This document shows positions 26,154 to 40,002 of a DNA stretch of 64,000 nucleotides, one piece after another; position 1 is the first letter of the stretch; the number at the start of each line of letters is the position of its first letter. The stretch lies in NCBI GenBank assembly GCA_010909165.1, contig VJWM01000118.1:186001-250000 (forward strand). Reading direction: 5' to 3'. This DNA comes from Anthoceros angustus. Lineage: Eukaryota; Plantae; Anthocerotophyta. The position numbers and the translations under genes are program-made. A model generated the notes under the pieces. That model saw nothing but the letters and a program-made list of their open reading frames with translations. It was not told the DNA's origin and ran no database searches.

Positions 26154-29100
26154 GGCACGAATTGAAGCAGAAGGAATTCCAAGCATTGCCGGTGCCACAA
26201 GCTGCTCTCTGGCTGCTGAAGAAGGCATTGTAGCAGGGCATGTGTAGATGAAATCCACGGGCTGTACAGTTGAAATATAAGCATGTTAGTCCAAGACACA
26301 CAATTATTGTAGCAGTGCATGTGCGATTGAGATCAGGAGCTGTGCAAAGAGACGGGAAGTTCACTCACAGACGTGCATGATTTTTGACACAATGGTCTTG
26401 GGAAGTGATCTGGATGTGCGAGTGTACTGTTAGGCCTGGGTTCAACGTAGGCAGAAACTGAAGCAGGAGGGATCTGCGAAATCTCACCTTTGTAGTCTCA
26501 AAATGGCACACCAGCTTAGGGTGATGAGTGTGGGTTACAGTACGTAGGCAAAGAGCTCTGCACTCGGTGTCCTAGGGCCTGCAACGGGCAGCAGCTCCTC
26601 CTCGAGTGCCGTCCTCTTCCTGGCATCGGTGCTTTTGGGTTAGGGCTCAAGTTTGAACTCCTCGTGCACATGAGGCAATTTCGCAGAGATGTTAAGATTC
26701 CTTGGATGCAGAGACTGGGTGTTCAGGCTCGGTGTCTCGAGGAATATTAAAATGTGTGCGGCTGGCTCGAGCATCTGTGGAGTCTTGTCATTCTGATTCA
26801 GCTCTTGCTGTTGTTGTACCTGCAGGTCTGGAAAGGTCTTGTATCGCACCAGCAGGAAAGATGAGTAGTCTGACCAGGCTGAAGTTGTCAAAAGTGTTGG
26901 CAGATTGCACTGACAGTTTTTTAACGAGTAAAGAGTTCTTCCTGTTGCTGAACAATGGAGACCACTTGCCGAGACGTAAGTGAAGGGACCTTGCCTTTCT
27001 GTTCCTGTAACTTTTCCATTATGTTTTGGAAGTCTTCGTTTCGCTTGGATTGCTCATAACTGCAGATGCAACGACAGCAACAGCTTTATCAGAATGACAA
27101 GACTCAACAGTGCTACATCACTTCTTTGGAAGTTCCAAACATTCCACCTCCGGCTAGCATGTGCTGGTAGTTGTTGATCTGGGGTCACTTTCTGGAAAGC
27201 CGGATGCCCTTTTCTCCCATGTGCCACTCAGTCACAGCTCACGTTGGGTAGAAATGAAAGCAAACTGCACCATCTTAGACATGTTGTTGGACGCACACCC
27301 AGAATCTTTTGTGTTGAAAGACTTCCGCAATTCCGATCGCGCTCAAGCATATGTTCCACCCTGGCTAGAAATTCTCTCCTTTGGCTGGTGACTCTCTCGA
27401 AGTTCCTCACTCGATCTTCGTGTGCTTTCACTAAGATGGCAACTACCACTTACAAACAACAAAAATTGCTTGGGTACCAAGCATACCAAAATTCAGTTTC
27501 GCCTGGGGACTGAAAGCCAGAACATCAAACCACTGGCGACAGGTTGCAAGGCCTACGAGGTGCTGAAACCCGGGACTTTGAGCTGTTAAAGGTCACGGAA
27601 TTGAGTCAAGAAATCCGTGGAATGAGCATGATAGAAAGTAGGTACGATGGCAGGTACTAAACCTCCACCTCTGTTACACACTCTCTGTGCTGGTGAAGCT
27701 CTCAGGCGCAGAGAGCAGCCAATATCTTACTGCTCTGCTTCTCGCAGCTCCGCTTGCATTGGGAGATATGACCATTGAGATTGTGGATAAGCTCTTTGAT
27801 CAGTGCCCTGTGTGGACATGACCTTGAAGTTGATGGAAAGATGTGGAGTTGAACTAAAGCGGTCTGGAGGCTGGGAGGGCTTTCTCATCAAAGGTGGACG
27901 GACTTACAAGTACAATGCGCACCCCTTGCCGTGCCGGAGAGTGGTTCAGGGTTTTATACTTCCTGATGCATGCTCATACTTCGCTGCTGGTGGTGCCTCG
28001 GCTCTTAATCTGATGCAGGACACCCGGACGTGCTTACGTTGAGGGAGATGCCTCAAGTGCAAGCTAATTTCTTGCTGGCTCCGCTGTGACAGGGGGAGAA
28101 GTGACAGTGGAAGCTTGTAGAATAAGCAGCCTCCAGGTTGTTTGTCACATCGGTTTGTTTTCAGTAATCTTCCTAGCATCACATCCAACCTTTTGTTCCT
28201 TACCGCGGTCGTTTCGTTTAGTGATAATATACAAACGGCACGGCGTGGGTGCGTGTATGGATTTGCGTCCATTAGATTTTCTCTGGCAGCTATTTGTTTT
28301 TATAAGAAGAATATTTTTATAATAATAAGAATTTGTTGTTTTTCATATTTTGTTAAGGGATTTTCCCGTATGGATATATTGAGTGTTCATTAGGACAGCT
28401 CTTGAAGATGAGACATCATTGAAGATAATGATCTCTTGGAGACCGTGCAACATGTGGAGTGATCTATATTTTACAAGAGTCTTTACAAATGATTGAATAT
28501 TAGGTAATTATAATTTTTAAAATTTTGAAATATTTATTATTATTATTTTAATATTACTATGTTGTAATTTATGTAATTTTAAGTCTATGTAATTTTAGAG
28601 ATGATTTTTGTATTATTTTTGAAACAAGAATAAGAATTGGAGGGTTGTTTTTGAGTAATTTTTGAAATTTTGTTCAAAAATGGTACTCTAAATTGTTTTT
28701 CTTGTTTGAAGAAAATAATACAAAAATTATTTTTGGAATGGCATGGCCGCTAAGTTGCATAAATTATAATATATTAATATTTAAATAATCAAAATTTATA
28801 AAATTGCAGTTATGTGATACTTTATAGTTTGTTTGTAAACATTTTTGCATAATATTCATGTCTATCTCGGCAAGCAATGCATCTACATCTTCAATCCTCC
28901 CATGTTCATATGGTATAGCAAGTATTTGTCCGTTCCACCCTCGGCCATCACAAAGCATTGATGTTCGAATCACCCTAACTAGTGCCATATTCCCCATTGA
29001 TGTCCGAATCACCTTAGCTAGTGATGGTGTGTGTAACATGTTTTATTTTGCTATAATGTACTCAAATATGCCACGACATCTTCAAGATTTTTTCGTATAA

Positions 29101-29323
29101 TACACGTATAATACGTACCACATCAACCTGATTAGGGTCGTAAGCGGGTAAGCGGGCAAAAAACTTTCTATCACACACTTTTGGCATGGTGTTTCCATTG
29201 TGTCATGCACAAGTTTTGTTCTTTGGGGTTTTAGGGTTACGATCAAGACACATACATGTTTACATGCTGCGCAATTTATTTCGGCAAGTTTGGCCCACGT
29301 GCAGGCTGCGCTCTCGCTTGACG

Positions 29324-29515
29324 ACATACACGTAAGGCTTGTGCATCCTACAGCATAAGAGGCTCAACCTAGGCACGCTTGACAGTGGCTACAACATACA
29401 CGTAAGGCTTGTGCATCCTACAGCATAAGAGGCTCAACCTAGGCACGCGACAGTGGCTACAACATGCACCTAAGGCTTGTGCATTGTGCAGGATAAGAGG
29501 CTCAACCTAGGCACG
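29324..29515. repeat. ~70-bp tandem repeat, ~3 copies
   Basis: TAAGGCTTGTGCAT...ATAAGAGGCTCAACCTAGGCACG occurs three times. Confidence 0.9.
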
Positions 29516-29844
29516 GGTGTAGGGTCCCTTGTCTCATTTTTTGTCACTCACCTTCATCACATAGCATCTGGTGGCGTGGAGAAGGTATCCAGGCCACTCT
29601 GGACAATCTTTATGCCTTGTCCAACCATCAGAAGCATTTGAAGTGATACCCCCAATTTCAAACGAAGAAAATTAATAATGCAAGGGTCTGGAGCAAACGC
29701 ACACAAACGTCCATCAGAATGGTTCTCACCAAATGATCCTGTAGTGGCTGGCGCAACCCTAACCACAAGTGGGCAAGAGAAAAAAAGTTTGTGTGCATCA
29801 CTTGGCGACATTACAGCCAGACACCGGCCGTGATAACGATCATA

Positions 29845-30046
29845 TGTGACATGATCAATGTGATCATCTGTGACATGATCGATGTGGTCATCTGTGACAT
29901 GATAGATGTGATCATCTGTGACATGATCGATGTGGTCATCTGTGACATGATCGATGTGGACATGTGTGACATGATCGATGTGGTCATCTTTGACATGATC
30001 GATGTGGTCATCTTTGACATGATCGATGTGGTCATCTTTGACATGA
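29845..30046. repeat. 24-bp minisatellite, ~8 units
   Basis: T(G/T)TGACATGATCGATGTGGTCATC units. One minus-strand frame reads HV(T/K)DDHID repeats. Confidence 0.95.
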
Positions 30047-30758
30047 CGATATTGGTATTCCATATAATCGCATTCCGATTTTATCATGACTTTATTTTTC
30101 TTAATACTAGGGTTTTATGTTACAGGGTTCACATGTAGAATAAGTCTTTATGTTATAGGCTTACATGCAAAATCCAATGTTTTTCTTGATGTTAGGATTT
30201 TATGTTGTAGGGTTCACATGCACAATCCCAGGACACGTTCACATGGAAAAGTGGAGACTTAATAAAAAGAACGAGATGGGAAATCTCATATACCCTGAGG
30301 CGAGAAAGGGACAACCCACGATGGTATCAAGCCAGAGGCACTAATCTATCCTATAACCCTAATTGCCCCCAAGATGTCGTCGAACTTGTAAATTTTCTTA
30401 GTTGCGCTCCATTCCGTCGCCCAATCTGAAAGGGTTGATGATGAATGGTCACTAATATAATCTCTGGTTGGGTATATAACAACCACTTCCGCAGCCGAGA
30501 TCTCATCCCCGCGACAAGAAAATGTAGTTCTAATAGAGACGCCATTGCGCATAGTATATGCCGCTCCTTGTTCCTTGAAAGGGAAGAAACGCTCTCCTTG
30601 GCCATCAAGAACAAAATCTCATATCATATACATATCTTTTTTACGCATACGGTGGCTATGGCTGAACAGACATGTTGGTGGCTTTTGGATGCTGATCCAG
30701 CAACAACCGTCTTGAGAAGCAACGACAATTTGTTCAGATCAACATGGAAAATGGATTG

Positions 30759-31051
30759 TGTCACAGAACAGCTCTGTGAGGCTTGAGCCAGAACTCGATC
30801 GGAGGAAATTGGCTCCTTGTTCAAGTTTCCGGATCTCTCTTGTACCCGATGCATTCGGGCCAAAACGACCACGTCCGACGTTCGTGGACGGGCTCAACTA
30901 ACCCAGCGGACGGTTCAACTAACTATGCCGTGTTATCTTTGTATTATCCCGGTATTTATTCCGAGGATAATACTTAAACCGAATTAATCTAGCTACTTAA
31001 ACTAGCTGAAATGACGTATTCACACTTGTGTCGTGGGGTTGTCACGTGACA
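30759..31051 (-). repeat. 3' LTR of the chromovirus
   Basis: Matches 40003-40311. The PPT is adjacent at 31052-31062. Confidence 0.92.
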
Positions 31052-34000
31052 TTCTCCCCTTCAAGAAGAGGCCGGTTCCATCGGCGCGGATGATCTGAAG
31101 GCTGCGGGATGTGGCGGCAAAGTCCTCGGTCTCCCATGTCGCGGTAGCATCGGGCTCACCGGACCGAGCGAGGTAGTGGGTAATAGATCTATTGCGGAGA
31201 TGGCGGGTATGGTCTTTGGAGAATGCGGTCGGGAAGATTCTTGCGAGTTGGGAGGGAAGGAGTGAGCGGGTGGGGGATTGAGGTGTGAGTGTGTGGTGCG
31301 GGCCGAGAAGGCTTGGGAGGTCGGACAAGGCGGCGGGGTCGAGGGTTATCTCTGGGGCTCAGGAGCTGGACGCCGGGTTGGTGTTGGAGGAGGGTAAGAG
31401 GGGTTGGGGCCGAAGGGCAATCGTGATGGACGGAGGCTGGGTTTGGGGCTTGCGATGGACGGGGCTGGGGTCGTCTGCGGCGATGGGCAGTCTTGGGTTA
31501 CGAGCAGGCGGTGGCGAGGCGGGGTCGAACCCGCGGGAGGTCTTGAGGTGTGTGCTCGGGCAGGCGATGGGCACTGCAGGTGTCTTAGCTCTGCGATGGG
31601 CTGGAGACTAGGGGCCAGGGGCGTGGCGATGGGCGGAGCAAACAAGCGATGGGCAGCGGAGGAGGCGAGGATCGGCGTGTCTGGATGGGGGCGGACGGGT
31701 CAGGGGTAGGGTTGGTGTGCATGAGGGTAGTGAGGGGCGAGATGACGGTTTCAACATAGAGACATGGAAAGTCGACATAGGCGTAACCACAGGAGATCAA
31801 GCGGTATGCGACGGGGTTGATCTGTCTAGAAATTCGAAGGGTCCAAAGCGATAAGACAACTTGTCTTTATGCGGATGAGGCTGGGGTACATTTGGTTGAG
31901 TCGAGCGGACCACGTCCCACGTTGTGAGCGACGTCTCTCTGTGCCGATTTGCGAGTTTGATGCGGTCTTGGGCTGCAAGGAGTTTCTGCTTGGCAAGCTT
32001 AACTTCCTGAAATATGTCCTCCGCTGTCTCGGCTGCGGTCTTCCACTTATCCTGTCGGGAAGGCCAGAGACCGGGGGGTGGGGGATTTTCCCCGTACAGG
32101 AGCTTGTAAGGGGACGTACCTGTTGCAGCATGCTTGGATGTGTTGTAGGCAAACTCGAGTAATGGTAAGAGGTCTTCCCATTTCCCTTGTTTCTCATGGG
32201 TAAAGTGGCGAAGCATGTCTTCGAGTACTTGGTTTTGTTTCTCGGTTTGGCCGTCAGTCTCTGGGTGACAGGTCGATGACATATGTTGTTCCATACCGAG
32301 AGTTTCCGTGAAGGTTCTCCAGAACCCAGAGGTAAACTTCACATCTCTGTCGGAGACAATGTTTTCTGGGGTTCCGTGAAGGCGGAAAATTTCTTTGACG
32401 AACAGGTGAGCTAATTTTTGTCGGTGATGGTAGGCGGGCGGGGGACGGCGGGTTTTGTGAGGCGGTCCATCACGACCCGGATACTATCACGACGACTTGG
32501 AGCGAGGTAAGTGAGTGATGAAATCCATGGAAATGGGCGAACCGCCACGGGTGGAAGCGGTTGTAGAAGGCCGAGTTGTTTGGTGTTGGCTTGTTGGCGG
32601 GGATCGGGAGCGGACCCACTCAATGCGGTTGGGCGGAGTCCCACCCAATGGAAGTGTTCCTTGACTCTAGCATAAGTTTTATCGATGCCTAGGTGACTGC
32701 TATGGGGTGTCATGAAGGTCATGGAGAATAGCTTTTGACATGTTGGAGTTGGTCCGGGATGACAAGCCTACCTTTTCGGTATATCACGGCGTCTTTGGTG
32801 AGTAGAGTTGGGTGAGGGCGTGGGTTGACCTAGCTTGGCATCTGAGCGGTCGTTATGCGGAGGAGGCGGTCATGGGGAATGGTCATCGTACTAACTGATT
32901 GTGTCGAGTTGGGACGACATAAGTGCACAAGCTCGTCGGTGAGGGCATCCCACGTATTGGAAGCTCCTGACATACTTAATATCAAACTTGAAGTCCGCCA
33001 GGTACTCAGCCCACCTCCTTTGCCGAGCATTCAGGTTTGGTTGAGTGAAGAAATACTGAAGTGAATGGTGATCTGTGTTGCAGGTGAACGGTTGCCCTAA
33101 TAGGTAGTGTCTCCATACCCTGAGAGCGTGAACTATGGCCAGCATTTCTTTGTCGTGAACGGGATAGTTAAGCTGAGCACCTTGTAGTTTTTTTGATTCA
33201 TATGCAATCACCTAGCCATGTTGTGTTAGCACCGCGCCCTAGCAAAGTCGGCCGATCGGTGTACTACGTAGGGAGCTTGGGGATGCAGCTGGGGCGCCAC
33301 CGAGGCTTTAGGGTTTGGGCAGCTTGGTGCTGAGGGAGAGTTGGAGGTTGACTAGGTGACGGAGGGCATCGGTGAGGGGCCATCTTCTTCGAAATCTTTG
33401 ATAAACGGCGATAGAAACTGCGAGGCCAAGGAAACCTCTCGGTTACAGGTCTTGAGGTAAAGGCCACTCGTCAATGACCTTGATTTTTCTAGGGTCTACG
33501 TGGATGCCACAGGCGATGATATGACCTAGATACTCACACTCAGGTTGCATGAAGACGCACTTGCTACGCTTGGCTAGGAGTTGGTGTTTCCGGAGTAAGG
33601 TGAAGACTTCTCTAACAAGTTTGTAGTGTGTTTCTACATCCTCAGATTAGATGAGAATATCATCTAAAAATACGTCCACTCCCCTTCCCAACAGGGGACG
33701 GAGGACTTCTTGCATCAGACACTGGAAGGTGGCGGGGGCGTTGGTGAGACCAAACGGCATGACAACAAATTCAAAATGACCATGACGCAGAATGCGGTTT
33801 GTACTGTCACCTTGTGGATACGTGTCGATGGAAGCGACCTTAAGTCGATCTTTGTGAGCAGTGGAGCCGTGGAGTTGGTCTAGGATGTCGTCAATCCGCG
33901 GCATTTGGTAAACATTCGTCTTGTAGCTCATTCGACCTCGATAGTCGATCAGTCGCCATGCTCCATCGGTTTTGCGACCGATAAAGCGGGTGCACCAAAG

Positions 34001-37000
34001 GGTGAGACGGAGGGTCTCACAAACCCATTGGCGAATTCATCCACTTGTCGTTTGATTTCCTCGCTCTCATTCTTGGCGCTCTGTGGAGGCATATTGGTGT
34101 GTATGTCCGGGTGGGAGGTCGATGCGGTGGTCGGCGCTTCTCCTAGGTGGTAGGTCCGTAGGTGTTTTGAAGGCGTCTCTGAACTCCTTCAACATCTGCA
34201 TGTACTCGGGGAGCATGTCTTCTACTTCTTGGCTTTCGCCCTAGACTCGGCCGTGCCTCCTGGTGGCATCACTCGTTTGAGTCGGCTATATACATGAGCG
34301 CTGGGCGGTTGCTTTATTCAAAGAGGCAGTAGAGGTGCTTATGCGGAATGTATTTCTCCCATGCATTACAAGTGCGAGCTCCTACGGACAAGGTAACTAC
34401 ATTTGTATTCCAGTCAATATCTAAGTTGTTGGAATGCGGTGCCAACTGAGCTTACAAATGATGTCATGGCATAGGTTCGGCATGGTGAGTTTCATGATTT
34501 CTGGTATCCACCGGGGAAGGTAAGCATGGCTTCTACCCATTGCTCTCGGCTGGTTTCTCTCTCATTGAGTCACGGTGACCACCGTCGATGGGTTACTGTC
34601 TCCACGGATCTTGAGCTGCCGTCCGGCGACCTTGAGATGTAGTGATGACTCGCTCACAGTCCAACAATCCGTGGCAAGTAGCCCTTCTACTCCCATGAGG
34701 AGCTTGATGGGAACATGGTTATTGCTAGTGAGAGAGTCAAGAGTACCTCCGTGGCACACCTGCGGCTAAATGGTCGACGGTTCTTCTTCTATCTGGAGTG
34801 AACCCGTTTTGCGAGGCTCGGTGGGTTTCACGGACTTGCGGTCTCCGCGGCGGTCGAAGTCACGGCGATGAGGGCAGTTTCGAGAACCGTGGTCTGAAGC
34901 TGAGCAGGTGAAACACAAGTGCTTGTCCATGTATTGCTTACGTTCGTCCTCTGTCAATACTTTGAACACCACCTTCTTGTCGGAAGCATGTGCAGCTTTG
35001 TTCCACTTGGTTGTGTTCAAATACTTGTATTTGTTGACTCCGTAATTCCTTGCAGCTTTCATTGCCTCCACCGGTGTGGGGGTTCGTTTAGTGACGTCGC
35101 TCGCATCTCTGCGAGATCAGACAATTTCTCGATTTTACGCTCTTCGTCAAGGCGTGGCATATCGAGGGTAGGTAAATCCGTCATAATAATCTTGAATGGT
35201 ACCTTGTTGGGAGATAGTCCAAACTCTTGATATAGGTCTTTCCGATGGTTGATGGGTAGAAATTGTTCTAAGCTGTTATGCGAGCAGGTCCAAGAGTGGA
35301 TGGGTTCCTCCATCCCGAGCTCCACCACCGTTCCCTCTGCCGCCACCATCGGTATGCATACCTCGAGACATGGTGCAAAAGCTGGATTTTCGATGGTCGT
35401 CCTTCTCACGATTGCGGTATCTTTCCATCTTATCGATCCAATCATAGGCGGCTTGTCGTCCTTCATAGTCCGTCAAAGGTGGATGTTTTAATCTTCCTCT
35501 GTAGGTCCCGATCCAAGCGGGCACGGACTTGAAGCGGAGTTCACCTTCCTCTCCTCGATAGTCTTCTTCTTTACCTCGTTGTGACTCCCGGTTTTCGTAC
35601 GCATGAGTTGTAACCTTCTTGCCAACGCCTTGATCTCTTGATTATCCTTCTCTCCGGTAACAACTCGACCAAAAGCTTCTTGACGCTTCATCATCGCCTT
35701 GCCGGGCCGGTCATGAGTGGCGCAGTGTCTGGTCTTGGCCGTTTTCTTCGTTCTCATTGGACTTTCGGTGTGCGGTGGCGGGTGTGGAGTGTTGTTCACC
35801 GTCGGGCATGGGTGACATTGGGTGACGGTGGATGGGAGCAGTTGGGTTGGGGTGAGTTCCGTTTGCGCAGTAGGACACCCTCAGCGCTCAGTGAACTGGT
35901 TTTCCTCGAGTTGGCTTCTACTCGGTGATTGCCGTTTCCACCTCTCTCAATTGTTTGCCTTGTGTTTCTAGACTTCCGAGATTTCTTCAGGATCGCTCCA
36001 CCGGTGCGTTCTGCAGTTGTCAACAAGTTGGGTTGTGCTGCCCTTCCCGTTCGGAGCGTCTTCTCACGTTCGCTGTCCATCTCTCTCGATGTAGGATCTG
36101 GATGCTTCCTCGTTTCGGGGCCGGCCGGCGTGGGGTTGATCGCGTAGTCCACGACTTACCGTCGTAGGCCTCGACCGCACCAGCGAGGCAAATCCTAGCT
36201 CGCTTGCTCTTCGTCAAGACCTTGCATATCGAGGGTAAGCTGCAGAAATCGGTCGCAATAATCTTGAATGGTACCTTGTTGGGAGATAGTCCGAAACTCT
36301 TGATATAGGTCTTTCCGATGGTTGATGGGTAGAAATTGTTCTAGAAACTGTTGTCTGAACAGGGTCCAAGAGTGGATGGGTTCCTCCATCCCGAGCTCCA
36401 CCTGCCGTTCCCTCTGCCGCCACCATCGGTATGCATACCCCTCGAGAGACATGGTGCAAAACTGGATTTTCTGATGGTCGTCCTTCTCACTGACTGCCAG
36501 GTATCTTTCCATCTTATCGATCCAATCATAGACGGCTTGTCGTCCTTCATAGTCCGTCAAAGGTGGATGTTTTAATCTTCCTCTGTAGGTCCCGATCCAA
36601 GCGGGCACGGGACTTGAAGCGGAGTTCACCTTCCTCTCCTCGTGATAGTCTTCTTCTTTACCTCGTTGTGACTCCCGTAACGCATGAGTTGTAACCTTCT
36701 TGCCAACGCCTTGATCTCTTGATTATCCTTCTCTCGGTAACAACTCGACCAAAAGCTTCTTGACGCTTCATCATCGCCTTGCCGGGCCGGTCATGAGTGG
36801 CGCGGTGTCACCGGGTCTTGGCCGTTTTCTTCGTTCTCATTGGACTTTCGGTGTGCGGTGGCGGGTGTGGAGTGTTGTTCACCGTCGGGCATGGGTGACA
36901 TTGGGTGACGGTGGATGGGAGCGAGTTGGGTTGGGGTGAGTTCCGTTTGCCCAGCGTAGGACACCCTCAAGCGCTCCAGGGCCCGTTTTCCTCGAGTTGG

Positions 37001-38579
37001 CTTCTACTCGGTGATTGCCGTTTCCACCTCTCTCAATTGTTTGCCTTGTGTTTCTAGACTTCGAGATTTCTTCACGGGATCGCTCCACACCGACGGCGTT
37101 CTGCAGTTGTCAACAAGTTGGGTTGTGCTGCCCTTCCCGTTCGGAGCGTCTTCTCACGTTCGCTGTCCATCTCTCTCGATGTAGGATCTGGATGCTTCCT
37201 CGTTTCGGGGCCGGCCGAGGCGTGGGTTCGGTCGCGTAGTCCACGACTTCCGACCGTACGTAGGCCTCGACGCACCAGCACAATCCTAGCTCGCTTGCTC
37301 TTCTTTGTTGGCCAACAATTTCTCCCTGCGCCTCTTCTGACCGGGCGTCTCTCCTGCAGGTTCCTGTCCCAGGATCTGCATATTGGAAAGGCGCCCCTCC
37401 ATCGGGGCGTAGTCGGCGTGCGGCTCTCCTCCGGACTCGTCGCCAATCCCTTCCGGTGCCGTTCTTCATCGCTCCGCCGGACACTACGCGATTGACTTGA
37501 GATTGGAGCGCAATCGCTCATCGTGGTTTTCTCGGGCCCCTTGAAATCCGCGTCCAAGCTGGGCGGACTTGAGCGGAGTTCACCTTCCTCTCCTCGTGAT
37601 AGTCTTCTTCTTTACCTCGTTGTGACTCCCGGTTTTCGTACGCATGAGTTGTAACCTTCTTGCCAACGCCTTGATCTCTTGATTATCCTTCTCTCGGTAA
37701 CAACTCGACCAAAAGCTTCTTCTTCATCGCCTTGCCGGGCCGGTCATGAGTGGCGCAGTGTCGGGTCTTGGCCGTTTTCTTCGTTCTCATTGGACTTTCG
37801 GTGTGCGGTGGCGGTGTGGAGTGTTGTTCACCGTCGGGCATGGGTGACATTGGGTGGCGGTGGATGGGAGCGAGTTGGGTTGGGGTGAGTTCCGTTTGCC
37901 CACTGTAGGACACCCTCAGCGGCGCTCGGTGAACTGGTTTTCCTCGAGTTGGCTTCTACTCGGTGATTGCCGTTTCCACCTCTCTCAATTGTTTGCCTTG
38001 TGTTTCTAGACTTCCGAGATTTCTTCACAGGATCGCTCCACCGGTGCGTTCTGCGGGTTGTCAACAAGTTGGGTTGCGCTGCCCCTTCCCGTTCCGGAGA
38101 CGTCTTTTCACGTTCGCTGCTGTCCATCTCTCTCTGATGTAGGATCTGGATGCTTCCTCGTTTCCGGGGCCGGCCGCGGCGCCGAGGCGTGGGTTCGGTC
38201 GCGTAGTCCACGACTTCCGACCGTACGTAGGCCTCCGGCACTGCACCCAGCAGACAGGCAAATCCTAGCTCTGCTTGCTCTTGCTGTTTGGCCAACAATT
38301 TCTCCCTGCGCCTCTTCTGACCGGGCGTCTCTCCTGCAGGTTCCTGTCCCAGGATCTGCATATTGGAAAGGCGCCCCTCCATCGGGCGTGGGCGTGCGGC
38401 TCTCCTCCGGACTCGCCAATCCCTTCCGGCCGTTCTTCATCGCTCCGCCGGACACTACGCGATTGACTTGAGATTGGAGCGCAATCGCTCATCGTGGTTT
38501 TCTCTGGGCCCCTTGAAATCCGCGTCCAATGCACGGCTGCACTCCAGCAACTGTGGATCGTGAGAGGCTCGATGCAAAA

Positions 38580-38884
38580 TGTCACAGCTCTGTGAGGCTT
38601 GAGCCGAACTCGATCGGAGGAAATTGGCTCCTTGTTCGGGTTTCGGATCTCTCTTGTACCCGATGCATTCGGGGCCAAGAACAGCCAGCCACGTCCGGCC
38701 GTTCTGGACGGGCTCAACTAACTATACCCGCGGACGGGTTCAACTAACTATGCCCGTATTTATACTGTATTATCTCGGTATTTATTCCCGGATAATACTT
38801 AAACCGGAATTAATCTAGCTACTTAAACTAGCTGGGAAATGACTGTGTTCACACTTGTGTCGTGGGGTTGTCACGGCTGTGACA
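38580..38884 (-). repeat. Extra (third) copy of the chromovirus LTR
   Basis: Near-identical to 40003-40311. It is followed by the same GATTG and ~150 bp of the same host flank (38885-39035, matching 40312-40463). Confidence 0.9.
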
Positions 38885-39988
38885 GATTGCCTTCAATCTT
38901 GCCTATTTTCTCTTCCTGCTGAACCGCCTCGTTCGTGTCTCGATTTGCCCCGTCCGCATCTTCTACTCTTTTAAAATCCTTCAAGTTTCAGCTTCCCTGG
39001 CTCTCCCTTTAAAGCTCTTTTTCGATCTAGCTTTCCTCTCCTCGATAGTCTTCTTCTTTACCTCGTTGTGACTCCCGGTTTTCGTACGCATGAGTTGTAA
39101 CCTTCTTGCCAACGCCTTGATCTCTTGATTATCCTTCTCTCGGTAACAACTCGACCAAAAGCTTCTTGACGCTTCATCACGCCTTGCCGGGCCGGTCATG
39201 AGTGGCGCAGTGTCGGGTCTTGGCCGTTTTCTTCGTTCTCATTGGACTTTCGGTGTGCGGTGGCGGGTGTGGAGTGTTGTTCACCGTCGGGCATGGGTGA
39301 CATTGGGTGACGGTGGATGGGAGCAGTTGGGTTGGGGTGAGTTCCGTTTGCCCCGTGCACAGGACACCCTCAGCGGCGCTCAGGCGGGCTGGTTTTCCTC
39401 GAGTTGGCTTCTACTCGGTGATTGCCGTTTCCACCTCTCTCAATTGTTTGCCTTGTGTTTCTAGACTTCCGAGATTTCTTCACAGGATCGCTCCACCGGT
39501 GCGTTCTGCAGTTGTGCAACAAGTTGGGTTGTGCTGCCCTTCCGTTCGGAGCGTCTTCTCACGTTCGCTGTCCATCTCTCTCGATGTAGGATCTGGATGC
39601 TTCCTCGTTTCGGGGCCGGCCGAGGCGTGGGGTTGATCGCGTAGTCCACGACAGGCCGTCGTAGGCCTCGACGCACCAGCGACAGCAAATCCTAGCTCGC
39701 TTGCTCTTCTTTGTTGGCCAACAATTTCTCCTGCGCCTCTTGACCGGGCGTCTCTCCTGAGTTCTGTCCCGGGATCGCATATTGGAAAGGCGCCCCTCCA
39801 TCGGGGCGTAGTCGTGGCTCTCCTCGGACTCGGTCGCCAATCCCTTCCGGTGCCGTTCTTCATCGCTCCGCCGGACACTACGCGATTGACTTGAGATTGG
39901 AGCGCAATCGCTCATCGTGGTTTTCTCGGGCCCCTTGAAATCCGCGTCCAGCTGGCAATCTGCTCCAAGCAACTGTGGATCGTGAGAG

Positions 39989-40000
39989 GCTCTGATACCA
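39989..40000 (-). other. Primer-binding site for initiator tRNA-Met
   Basis: The minus strand reads TGGTATCAGAGC, 2 nt downstream of the 5' LTR end. Confidence 0.92.
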
Positions 40001-40002
40001 AA

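Noticed and set aside
25044-26258. 404-aa minus-strand ORF
   Set aside because: Antisense shadow of the GC-rich last HAK exon; no recognisable motifs.
26400-28100. Coding-like plus-strand fragments vaguely resembling LRR/F-box sequence
   Set aside because: Many stops and no diagnostic motif; I cannot support a product call.
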